Below, piece by piece: positions 29,649 to 38,910 of a stretch of DNA of 64,000 bases. The position numbers and the translations under genes are program-made. The stretch is from Candidatus Kapaibacterium sp. (GTDB lineage: Bacteria > Bacteroidota > Ignavibacteria > Kapaibacteriales > UBA2268). The stretch is taken from contig OY762428.1 in assembly GCA_963665665.1 (NCBI GenBank), positions 4,160,001 to 4,224,000 of the forward strand. The letters are read 5' to 3'. A model generated the notes under the pieces. It did no database searches. It was not told where the DNA came from and was given only the letters and a program-made list of their open reading frames with translations. Every line of letters starts with the position of its first letter. Position 1 is the first letter of the stretch.

Positions 29649-31526
29649 ATGAGAAAAACATTCACAATTTTAAGTTTTTTCATTTCAATAGTTTTACTCA
29701 ATCCACAAACCCTGTTATCTCAAATTAGCAAAGAGAAATTTTTTAAGGAATATGCCAGGGAATTCCAAAAAGAAAAAATCAGATTCAACTTTGAAGATTA
29801 TCTTTCCAATAAAAATTCAAGCCTGAAAAAAGGAAATAACGATAGCCGTATAACATCCAATGATATTGAAAACCCGGTATCTACACTTGAAAATACCGAG
29901 TCTGAAATATCTATTGCCATAAATCCGCTGGATTCAAACAATATTATTATTTCCCCGATAAAAGGTGATGATCAAGACCCTGAAGGTGTTGCACTTTCCT
30001 GCCCGATATATTATACAAAAGATTTTGGTAAAACATGGAGAACCAGCAGTTTCAAAACCAAGCCTTTAAGGGATTTTGCCCTTGTAGCTGGTGGCGGCGA
30101 CCCCGTTCTGGTATTCGATTCCAAAGGAGTTGCATACTTAACATGGATTAATATATTCCTGACAGCTAAAGAAGATGAGGAACCTGACTCTGCTTTTGTG
30201 GGTATGTACTGGGCGTATTCCGAGGATGGAGGCGAAACATGGAAGCAGGAAGGAGACGGCATTCTTGGGCATTGCTTCGGCGGAAGTGAATATACACCGA
30301 ATCCCAATGAAATGTTCTCAAGGTTTTACGATAAACAATGGATGGCTGCTGACCATTCAGGAGGGCCTTATGATAATTCAGTTTATGTTTGCCTGATGGA
30401 TGTTGATATTGAAACCTATACGGTTCATCAGTATTTATTCAGGAAAGAAAACGGTGCTAAAGATTTTATACAGGTTCCCACCGATATTGCCCCTGCAATG
30501 TTCTATCCACAGTATTCATACCTTGATGTTGACGGATCGGGTACAATCCATTGCACATTTTCAGACTTTATTGGTTTTGATGCCGGATTTTTCCACGTAA
30601 GCTCAACAAACGGTGGCGAAAGTTTTGGTTGGGAAAACGAGATTGCGCTATATGCAGGAACCAACCAGATGACCGGAGTGGTTTCAACAGCCGGTATGGA
30701 AAGGCTATTCCCAGGTTCCTGCCTTGCTGCCGATAAATCTGATTCAGAATATGCCGATAATCTATACTTCAGCTGGACTTCAACAGGCGAAGGCCGGGAC
30801 GACGGAAATGGCCTTGATATCAAATTTTCAAAATCAGAGGATCATGGACTTACATGGTCTGATCCGATAACAATAAATGATGACCCCAAAGGCGTGGATA
30901 TACAGAACTATTACTCGATGATGGCTGTAAGCCCCGACGGCGTAATAGCAATAGCATGGTACGACAGGCGAGATGATGCCAACGATCTGAATACTGATAT
31001 TTACATGACCTATTCATTTGACGGTGGGGAAACCTTCATTCCAAATTTTAAAGTCACATCACAAGCCGCCGATTTTTCAATGATTGATGTGAAGAACCGT
31101 GGTTTCAGTATTGGTGAATACAACCAGATGGTAGCAACAAAAGGCTATGCAATACCTGTTTGGGCTGACGGAAGGAATAACAACGGTGATATAAACGTTT
31201 ATACTGCATTTGTGCCAATCAGCAGAAATCCTGTCTCGGTAGAATCACTATCTCCGGTCAATTCCGGATTCACTCTGCATGAACCTATACCAAATCCTGC
31301 AAAACAGGAAACTAAGATTAGTTTTTCGCTTAGGGAAGGAAGTAATATCAGGATAGATATCGTTGATATACAGGGAAATATTGTTATATCCATGGATAAA
31401 AAACGATATCCTGAAGGTGAAAGTTCGATGAATATTGATCTGTCTGAATTAGCAGACGGAGCCTATTTCTGCTATTTGTTTTCAAATAATGGATATGCGG
31501 TAAAGAAACTGAATGTTGTGAAGTAA
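29649..31526 (+). CDS. T9SS cargo protein: BNR/Asp-box beta-propeller (sialidase-like) plus type A C-terminal sorting domain
   Basis: Asp-boxes TKDFGKTW, SEDGGETW, STNGGESF, SEDHGLTW, SFDGGETF; CTD PNPA...IVDIQG...L.DGAYF...KKLNVVK. Confidence 0.88.
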   Translation: MRKTFTILSFFISIVLLNPQTLLSQISKEKFFKEYAREFQKEKIRFNFEDYLSNKNSSLKKGNNDSRITSNDIENPVSTLENTESEISIAINPLDSNNIIISPIKGDDQDPEGVALSCPIYYTKDFGKTWRTSSFKTKPLRDFALVAGGGDPVLVFDSKGVAYLTWINIFLTAKEDEEPDSAFVGMYWAYSEDGGETWKQEGDGILGHCFGGSEYTPNPNEMFSRFYDKQWMAADHSGGPYDNSVYVCLMDVDIETYTVHQYLFRKENGAKDFIQVPTDIAPAMFYPQYSYLDVDGSGTIHCTFSDFIGFDAGFFHVSSTNGGESFGWENEIALYAGTNQMTGVVSTAGMERLFPGSCLAADKSDSEYADNLYFSWTSTGEGRDDGNGLDIKFSKSEDHGLTWSDPITINDDPKGVDIQNYYSMMAVSPDGVIAIAWYDRRDDANDLNTDIYMTYSFDGGETFIPNFKVTSQAADFSMIDVKNRGFSIGEYNQMVATKGYAIPVWADGRNNNGDINVYTAFVPISRNPVSVESLSPVNSGFTLHEPIPNPAKQETKISFSLREGSNIRIDIVDIQGNIVISMDKKRYPEGESSMNIDLSELADGAYFCYLFSNNGYAVKKLNVVK

Positions 31527-31571
31527 TATTATATAAATATTTATTCTGACATTCTGAATTTATAATTGGAT

Positions 31572-31606
31572 AATACCCGCCTGAAATTTCCAGACGGGTA
31601 TTTTTT
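31572..31606 (+). terminator. intrinsic terminator
   Basis: AATACCCG...CGGGTATT followed by T-tract. Confidence 0.7.
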
Positions 31607-31793
31607 ATTCTGCGGGATTGAATATTAAGCGGATTTTTATTCTTAGTATTTTTTGCTGATAAATATTTTCCTACAGCCTTAAAAATATCAATTATTTAAG
31701 CCCTTTTTTTATTAACTTGCAAACTTGAATTATGTTTAGATAAGTTTTTACTTAGTTTATTATATTAATTTTAAGAATATGGAAGGATGTTAG

Positions 31794-33164
31794 ATGAAAA
31801 CACAAATCGAACCATTCAAGATAAAATCAGTAGAGGCAATACCGATAACAACAGTTGAAGACAGAGAAAAATACTTAGAAGAAGCATTCTACAATCCTTT
31901 TTATCTTAAATCAGATTACATTACTATCGACCTTCTGACAGATAGCGGAACAACTGCCATGAGTTCCAAACAGTGGGCACAGGTTATGGACGGCGACGAA
32001 GCTTATGCCGGTTCAAGGTCTTATTACAAATTTGAAAAGATAGTGAAAGAGATTACCGGATTTAAACATATTATCCCCACACATCAGGGCAGGGCAGCCG
32101 AAAGAATACTCTTTAATATCCTTGATGTTGAAGGAAAAACTGTTCCAAACAATACTCACTTCGACACTACTCGCGGAAACCTGGAATTCAACAAAGCTAA
32201 TGCTGTTGACCTTCTGAATGAAATTGGCAAGAAACCCGAAGTTGAAGCTCCTTTCAAAGGCAACATTGACCTTGACAAATTAAAAGCTACTATTGAAGAA
32301 GTCGGTGCAGAGAATGTGCCGGTATGTTTCCTGACTGTTACTAATAACAGCGGCGGAGGACAGCCCGTTTCCATGCAGAATATCCGCGAAACAAAAGAAT
32401 TACTCAAACAATATAATATACCATTATTCCTGGACTGCTGCCGTTTTGCAGAAAACGCCTACTTCATTAAGCAGCGCGAAGACGGATACCAGGACAAAAC
32501 TATTAAAGAAATTGCACAGGAAATGTTCTCCTATGCAGACGGCTGCACAATGAGCGCAAAAAAAGACGGTATGAGTAACACAGGCGGCTTTATCGGGCTG
32601 AATGATGAAGACCTTGCAGTAAAAGCTAAAACAGTCCTTATCGTTACCGAAGGTTTCATTACTTATGGTGGCCTGGCAAGACGCGACCTTGAAGCACTCG
32701 CTGTAGGTTTTGAAGAAGTATTGGATGAAAACTACCTGGCATACAGAACCGGACAGGTTAAATATCTTGGCGATATGCTTACAGAAGCTGGTGTTCCGAT
32801 TATACGCCCGACAGGCGGCCACGGAGTTTATATAGATGCTAAAGCATTCGCCCCGCACATTGCACCAAGGAATTATCCCGGACAGTCTGTTACACTGGAA
32901 ATATACAGAGTAGCCGGTATCAGGACTGTTGAAATTGGTTCGGTTATGTTTGGAAAAGAATTAGATAACGGAGAATTTGTTCCGGCAGCTATGGAACTTG
33001 TAAGGCTTGCAATTCCACGCAGGGTTTACACAAAGAGCCATATTGAATATATTGCAGAAGCAATTATTGAAGTCTATAAAAACAGAGACAAACTCCGCGG
33101 ACTGGAAATTGAATGGCAGCCGGAATTCCTGCGCCACTTCACAGCCAAATTCAAATACGTTTAA
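31794..33164 (+). CDS. tnaA: tryptophanase (beta-eliminating lyase family)
   Basis: EPFKIKSVE, DLLTDSGT, PTHQGRAAE, PLP lysine in MSAKKDG, RLAIPRRVYT; LRHFTA (His, tryptophanase-type) rather than LRFFTA (tyrosine phenol-lyase-type). Confidence 0.88.
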   Translation: MKTQIEPFKIKSVEAIPITTVEDREKYLEEAFYNPFYLKSDYITIDLLTDSGTTAMSSKQWAQVMDGDEAYAGSRSYYKFEKIVKEITGFKHIIPTHQGRAAERILFNILDVEGKTVPNNTHFDTTRGNLEFNKANAVDLLNEIGKKPEVEAPFKGNIDLDKLKATIEEVGAENVPVCFLTVTNNSGGGQPVSMQNIRETKELLKQYNIPLFLDCCRFAENAYFIKQREDGYQDKTIKEIAQEMFSYADGCTMSAKKDGMSNTGGFIGLNDEDLAVKAKTVLIVTEGFITYGGLARRDLEALAVGFEEVLDENYLAYRTGQVKYLGDMLTEAGVPIIRPTGGHGVYIDAKAFAPHIAPRNYPGQSVTLEIYRVAGIRTVEIGSVMFGKELDNGEFVPAAMELVRLAIPRRVYTKSHIEYIAEAIIEVYKNRDKLRGLEIEWQPEFLRHFTAKFKYV

Positions 33165-33183
33165 GATAAAAATATTATTAATG

Positions 33184-33210
33184 AAAAGCGGGATTTATGT
33201 CCCGCTTTTT
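33184..33210. terminator. bidirectional intrinsic terminator between tnaA and the TIR-PALP gene
   Basis: AAAAGCGGGA-TTTATG-TCCCGCTTTT. Confidence 0.8.
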
Positions 33211-33285
33211 CTATGATTTTCCAATAGAACTATCGAAGTAACAGGAAATCAACTTACCCAAACATAGTTAAAACCGGGAGTTGAA

Positions 33286-35370
33286 TTAAAAATTTTCATA
33301 CATCTGCTTCAAATCATTTACTTTTTTGGTTTTGCCGGTGTTTACGATAAGTATCCTGCTGTCCGATGGTATCTGATCTTTCATTTGAAGCATTAATGCC
33401 AGCCCGGCCAGCCCGGATGGTTCGCATTTAATATCCTGCGATCGGGCAACTTCTATTGCCTGCTTCACGATTTTTTCATCAACATAATAAATATCAGTAA
33501 GCGAACCTACACATGCATATTCGTTTTTCAACTCCCGGATATATTTCCTGAATGAATTTATGGAAGGCAGAAAATTCGAGAAGAGTTTATCCATCAAAGT
33601 ATCCGGTTGATTTGAAGATGCCCCGAAGTAATTGCATTTTTTGATTGTTTCAATATCAGAGAAAAATCTTGGATCGTGCTTTGAAACGTAGGAATAAAAA
33701 TATTCTATTTTAACGATATTTAAAATATTTATAAACAAATCACCAGTTCCGAAAGGAATAAAGCAAAATTCGGGTTTTTCGCGTAATATCTCGTAGCTCA
33801 TCCAGTCGTAATAATTGTCATGGGTAGGGTCAAGCACTTCGCGGTAAGTAATATCAATACCGTCCTTATTATCAGTTAAGGTTTTTATATCTTCTGATGA
33901 CAGCAGTTTTTCTGAAAGATCGCATTCATATAACTCACATCCGATATCAGAGATCGAATTCTTGATACCGGAATTCAGGTGGTGATCAACAAGAACTTTC
34001 AGACGAGTCGGTATACTGAACAGGTTGAACAGATGCTGAATAGCTATGGCAGCGCTGCCGGATGAAATTATCGACATTTGTGGCAGCGAATCGTTATCTT
34101 TGTATTTTAAAGCATCAATAAGAGATTTGTACTTGATAACAACCTCCCAGGCCAGCCTGTCCTTATGTGTACCGGTCGGGTTGGAACTCTCATCTTTCAG
34201 CCAGACGTTGCTGAATCCCGGAACATCAATCCGATAAGTATTCGATGCAGGAAATTTCGGCCTGTAAAATGGTTCGGGCGGGAATTCCGGTTTTTTCGGA
34301 TCATTGTTTGAAGGTATTTTTATCCGTTTGTAAGTGGTTTCAAGCCTGACATTAATATTTCGCAGATTCCTTTTGCCCGGCAACAACTTCTCCAAAGATT
34401 CCATGTTTTTGATCTTTGACAGAAAAATTTCATACAAAACGCTTGCCCTGCTGTTTCGAATAAGGTCAAGCACACCGTGGAGCTCTTCAATGATTTCCTT
34501 TATCTCGTCAAGTTCTTTTCTAAGCCTTTGGTAAAATACTTTCTCTTTTTTATCACCAACTATCAGTTTGTGATTTTCTTCAAGTTTCTCAATCCTCAGT
34601 TTCCAATATTTCAGCAGCTCGGAGCGGCCAAGTGAATCAAAAATATTAAAATCCCCGGAATAGCTGTCCTTTAAAAGAATATGAAAGGTATGTGCAAGAT
34701 ATAAATCCAGTTTATTGTTAGTGAAGTGGATCAGATCTTTTACACAGCTCTCATTTTGCAGATAGTCCCGGCTGATAAGGCTGAAGATATAAGTATTCTC
34801 GCCAAGGCCGGAATATAAATCGTCTATTGAACCCTTGCTGTAAGCCTGGGTATTACGGGATTCAGTTTCAACTTCCAGAAGAAAATTTGTTTCCAGGAAT
34901 TCCTTTATTCGTTCTGCCTCGGTCATGTTGTTCATGGTCGAGGAAATAATTATTTTAATTTTCCTTTCCTTATTGTCCCCGGTTTCCTGTTTCTTGCTGA
35001 TATTTCTCAGAAATTCGAACCTTGTTTTTCCATAGGCATAAAGGTAGCATATCTCGATATTATATTCCTGGAATCTTGAGTTGTCGCTATCCTTTTTTGT
35101 GTAAAAGAAATCCTTGAAGAAAGTATTACCCGGCACCAGGTCGGAATCGAACTGGCCTGCAATTGAAATTTTCAGGCCTTTACCGCTTTTCAGCTCATTA
35201 AGCCTCGCGTTAATAAAGTCCCTGAGTTCAGAATAATTTGGAAGGTGAGAGTTAAATTTTTTAAGTCCTCCTTCCTTCAGATATAAATTCTTCATATCAT
35301 CTCTCAGCCTGTCCATTTCGGGCTTATCTAATTGTATCCATCCGCTTTTCAGAATAATATTTTCAGCCAT
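33286..35370 (-). CDS. multidomain protein: putative HTH-like N-terminus + TIR-like domain + PLP-dependent fold-type II (threonine synthase-like PALP) domain
   Basis: TIR-like KIIISS...YIFSLISRDYLQNESCVKDL...ELLKYWK; PALP VWLKDESSNPTGTHKDR, SSGSA, IPFGTGD, CEPSGLAGLA, IVNTG. Likely start ATG 35370. Confidence 0.75.
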   Translation of the reverse strand: MAENIILKSGWIQLDKPEMDRLRDDMKNLYLKEGGLKKFNSHLPNYSELRDFINARLNELKSGKGLKISIAGQFDSDLVPGNTFFKDFFYTKKDSDNSRFQEYNIEICYLYAYGKTRFEFLRNISKKQETGDNKERKIKIIISSTMNNMTEAERIKEFLETNFLLEVETESRNTQAYSKGSIDDLYSGLGENTYIFSLISRDYLQNESCVKDLIHFTNNKLDLYLAHTFHILLKDSYSGDFNIFDSLGRSELLKYWKLRIEKLEENHKLIVGDKKEKVFYQRLRKELDEIKEIIEELHGVLDLIRNSRASVLYEIFLSKIKNMESLEKLLPGKRNLRNINVRLETTYKRIKIPSNNDPKKPEFPPEPFYRPKFPASNTYRIDVPGFSNVWLKDESSNPTGTHKDRLAWEVVIKYKSLIDALKYKDNDSLPQMSIISSGSAAIAIQHLFNLFSIPTRLKVLVDHHLNSGIKNSISDIGCELYECDLSEKLLSSEDIKTLTDNKDGIDITYREVLDPTHDNYYDWMSYEILREKPEFCFIPFGTGDLFINILNIVKIEYFYSYVSKHDPRFFSDIETIKKCNYFGASSNQPDTLMDKLFSNFLPSINSFRKYIRELKNEYACVGSLTDIYYVDEKIVKQAIEVARSQDIKCEPSGLAGLALMLQMKDQIPSDSRILIVNTGKTKKVNDLKQMYENF

Positions 35371-35721
35371 TACGTCACCGGAAATTAATAATATTTTCAA
35401 TAGATAAAGATACGAATATTTTGATAATTAGTTCATATCAGCAAATGAAAATTTAATCCCACCAGTATTATTCAACAGAGATCAACTACAGGTCACAATA
35501 AGCAACTGCTAATCATAATATTATTTTCAATATTTTTCTGAAATTCCGGATATTTAAATATTTTGAAGTAATTTAATTATTCCGGAAAGACGGCCCGGGA
35601 ATAAGGAAAACAAAATATTATGATAAATCCCATATTTTATTGTACATATAAAGGTATAATTTTTTCAATACAAAAAATCTTCTTAATTTTAAATGATTTA
35701 TAATTCTACTTATGGTCTGTT

Positions 35722-36717
35722 ATGAAATACTTTTGTTTTCTGATTATTCTGTTATTGCCTGTAAATTCATTCTGTGTGGATATCGATATAACCGGTTATG
35801 GCGCAACCGGATTCAAAACCTATGAAAGAAATTTTATTAACAAATATAAGCAGGAAACCTATTACGAAGGAAAACTCCAGACGGAAATTGAATTGAATAA
35901 AGACATTGAAGCACAGCTGGATTTCAGGGGAAATTCCAATGATAATTCCGTCAGGTTGAAGGAATTTTCAATAAAATTCGATGTTTATAAATATATGAAT
36001 ATCAAGGTAGGAAACGTAAAGAAGCCTTTCGGGTTCGAGCAGTTAGAAAATCGCGACGAACTGAAAACCGTGGAGCGTTCATACGCACAGGATAATCTGT
36101 CAGAAATGGGATATGGCGGACGAACAGTCAGCCTGATGTTCTATAATAAATTTAAGGAAAAGAATAATATACCGATAACCTACTATTTGTCATTTTATAA
36201 AAACAACTCTGATGTTTCCGGCCTGGCAGCAAGGTTTGTATATCATTTCGGAGATTTTGCCGCCGGGGGCGATTATATCTTTCGCCATTCCGGGGCAGCC
36301 CATCCAATGAACACTCATGGTTTTATGGCAGAATTTTTCTACGAGAAGAAAGATTTTTTCTCTGGCCTGGAAATTTTCGCTGCCAGCGACCCGATAGAAG
36401 GAATAAGACGTAAAATGATGGGGCTGGATAACCAGGTATTTACTTCAGGAATCAAATCGATTTCATCCATGAATATTGATATAGACGGTACAGTGTTCAA
36501 ATCGATTGAACCGGTTTTTCTTTTCAGTATATATTATCCTGAATTCGAAGAACATTCAAACCACGTAATACAGGTGCTGCCTGCCGTTAATTTTTACATT
36601 ACAAAAAAAGTAATGCTCAGGTTCAATGCTGATTTCCAGTTTACTAAGAATGAATTCAACACCGAGTATAGTACACTGGAATCCAAAGGAATTATCGAAC
36701 TGATGTTCAGGTACTAA
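35722..36717 (+). CDS. outer-membrane porin, OprO/OprP (phosphate-selective porin)-like
   Basis: Signal peptide; IKVGNVKKPFGFEQL....L.TVERS motif; beta-strand pattern; C-terminal MFRY. Confidence 0.7.
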   Translation: MKYFCFLIILLLPVNSFCVDIDITGYGATGFKTYERNFINKYKQETYYEGKLQTEIELNKDIEAQLDFRGNSNDNSVRLKEFSIKFDVYKYMNIKVGNVKKPFGFEQLENRDELKTVERSYAQDNLSEMGYGGRTVSLMFYNKFKEKNNIPITYYLSFYKNNSDVSGLAARFVYHFGDFAAGGDYIFRHSGAAHPMNTHGFMAEFFYEKKDFFSGLEIFAASDPIEGIRRKMMGLDNQVFTSGIKSISSMNIDIDGTVFKSIEPVFLFSIYYPEFEEHSNHVIQVLPAVNFYITKKVMLRFNADFQFTKNEFNTEYSTLESKGIIELMFRY

Positions 36718-36718
36718 T

Positions 36719-37852
36719 ATGAAATATGCTATCACAATATTGATCATTTTCTTTCTTTGGTCCTGCGGGGATCCTGTGAATCCTTATGACTCATCAAAAA
36801 TAAATACAATGCCTGTAATTGACTTCGAGATAGATTCCGAGGATTACAACGACCTGATGGAAAATAAATTACTTGATTTTTATACCCCATGCCTTGTTGA
36901 CTTCAAGGAAAATGTTTATAAATCTACTGTCCGGGCTATGGGTGCAGGTTCAAGATACCAGGCGAAATGGGCATATATGGTAAGCCTTGATGAAGGTAGG
37001 ATAATGGGGCTTGACAAATTCAATCTAAGCTCGCAGGCGTTCGACCGTACAATGCTGCATTCATATCTGGCATCAGGTATTTATGCTATGGCAGGTTTTC
37101 ATATTTTTGAATCAAATCCGGTATTCCTGAGGATTAACGGTAAAGAGAAAGGCCTGTATCCGTTGCTGGAAAGGATAGAGCCCGAGTTCTTTTCAAAAAG
37201 GGGGCTGAAAGTATTCGAGCTTTACAAATGCAAGTTGGGTTCAAAATTCACATTTGAACAAAGAAATAATCCCCAATTTGAATTTGTTAAAAAAATCCCG
37301 GATGATAATAATTATAACAGCCTGAAAGAAATGATCAGGGCAAGGGATACTCTGGAAATTGATAATATATTCGCGATAAATACATTTTTAGATTTAGATA
37401 TTTATTTGAATTATCATGCTTTAACTTCAATATTAAACAATAACGATGCTTTTAAGAATAATTTTTACCTGTGGAAGGAAACCCCTTACGAACCTTTCAG
37501 GCTGATCCCATGGGATTTTGATAAGTGTTTTTCGGGTAATTATAACGATCCTCCGGCAGGTTTCAACGAACTGATCACTAAATTCCTGGAAAATGAGGAA
37601 GTTCTGAATATATATAAACAAAAATTAAGAGCTTACCTTGACAGTCTGTTTACCGAGGAAAACTTATATCCGCGAATAGATTCGCTTGCAGAGCTTATCA
37701 GGGATGCTTACCAGATAGATCCCTACCTTGGCGATATTTATGATTTTGATTACGAGATATCCGAACTGAAGAAATTTATCCGGCAAAGAAGAGCATTTTT
37801 ATATTCAAATATTGATTCTTTCAGGGGCGTAGAAGATATTAATATACCGTAG
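36719..37852 (+). CDS. CotH kinase family lipoprotein
   Basis: Lipobox LWSC; LRING...GLY.LLERIE, N.D.FKNNFYL, LIPWDFDK.F, ..LK.FI..RR CotH motifs. Confidence 0.85.
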   Translation: MKYAITILIIFFLWSCGDPVNPYDSSKINTMPVIDFEIDSEDYNDLMENKLLDFYTPCLVDFKENVYKSTVRAMGAGSRYQAKWAYMVSLDEGRIMGLDKFNLSSQAFDRTMLHSYLASGIYAMAGFHIFESNPVFLRINGKEKGLYPLLERIEPEFFSKRGLKVFELYKCKLGSKFTFEQRNNPQFEFVKKIPDDNNYNSLKEMIRARDTLEIDNIFAINTFLDLDIYLNYHALTSILNNNDAFKNNFYLWKETPYEPFRLIPWDFDKCFSGNYNDPPAGFNELITKFLENEEVLNIYKQKLRAYLDSLFTEENLYPRIDSLAELIRDAYQIDPYLGDIYDFDYEISELKKFIRQRRAFLYSNIDSFRGVEDINIP

Positions 37853-37853
37853 C

Positions 37854-38621
37854 TCAGTTTGAATTTTTCTTTATTTTTTCCCATTGTGGCTTAAGATCGT
37901 ATTTCACGAAACCGTAATCAGGTTCAAGAGCTAAAGCTTTATCCATAAATTTTTTTGCCTTTTCTTTATTTTCCCTCAGAATCTCTAATTGAGCAAGATA
38001 AGCATAAATTTCTGCATCCCTGCCCCATATAATCCGGATACTATCCTGCTTGTTATTATTTGTTTGCAGGGCTTTCAGAAGAAATTTTTCTGCTCTGTCC
38101 TTATCACCCCCGAATGTTTCGGGAGTATGCATAAGGTGAGTTGCAGCAATCAGAAGCATTCCCGGGTTTGAGTTATCAATTTCGTAAGCATCTTCTATCC
38201 GGTTCTTTGCCTTCATACCAAGAAAAATTGCAGAAAGCGAAGACAGCGAGGATTTTTTTCCGTAGGCACAGGATATGAGCGCTTTTATTTCGCAATCGTT
38301 TTCGTTTCTTTCGTCCGCTTCAATCAGGTGGTCTAGTGCGCTATCAAAATAATCATAAGCTTTATCCGAATCGATATTATAATAAATTTTACCAAGCTGA
38401 ATGCAAAGTATTCCTGAATAGTAGCATGGAACCCAACTGTCAGATGTATCACAAAGAGCTTCGGACTGTTTGAGCAATATTTCCATTGAATCTGGGCGGA
38501 ATGAATAATACTGAGATTCTATCTGCTGTTTTAACGAATAATACTGATTATCCCCTGCCTGCAATGAAACTGCAATAGAGGAGAGTATGATTATAATAAA
38601 GAATTGAAGTATCTGTTTCAT
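37854..38621 (-). CDS. exported TPR-like helical protein
   Basis: Signal peptide from ATG 38621; TPETFGGDK..A...L.KAL and KALALEPDYGFV TPR-like segments. Confidence 0.7.
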   Translation of the reverse strand: MKQILQFFIIIILSSIAVSLQAGDNQYYSLKQQIESQYYSFRPDSMEILLKQSEALCDTSDSWVPCYYSGILCIQLGKIYYNIDSDKAYDYFDSALDHLIEADERNENDCEIKALISCAYGKKSSLSSLSAIFLGMKAKNRIEDAYEIDNSNPGMLLIAATHLMHTPETFGGDKDRAEKFLLKALQTNNNKQDSIRIIWGRDAEIYAYLAQLEILRENKEKAKKFMDKALALEPDYGFVKYDLKPQWEKIKKNSN

Positions 38622-38724
38622 AAATCCTTGTTGAAAAAAAATCAAATTTAATAAGAATTGAACTGACAGCCTTGGATTTTCTTATTTCAATTTATTATCA
38701 GTATGGATATTTATAGAAAAATTA

Positions 38725-38753
38725 AAAGTCCCGGCTGATTTCACCGGGACTTT
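38725..38753 (-). terminator. intrinsic terminator hairpin ~100 bp upstream of the TPR gene
   Basis: AAAGTCCCGG...CCGGGACTTT stem, U-rich downstream on the minus strand. Confidence 0.65.
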
Positions 38754-38854
38754 ACCCTTTGCTATCCCTGTGGCTGCATTGCGAAAACAGCCATAACGGG
38801 AAATGTTTCATAATGTACATTGTAATTAACCGTGGATAAGAATAAAAGTTACGC

Positions 38855-38889
38855 AAAAAAATAACCCCGCCGGCGAACCGGCAAGGTTA
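38855..38889 (-). terminator. intrinsic terminator after the DUF5829-like gene
   Basis: Minus strand AACCTTGCCGG-TTCG-CCGGCGGGGTT followed by a T-tract. Confidence 0.7.
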
Positions 38890-38910
38890 ATGATTGATTT
38901 TTAACAATGA

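Noticed and set aside
31527-31793. TnaC-like leader peptide upstream of tnaA
   Set aside because: No short ORF with the Trp...Pro-stop pattern was found by eye.
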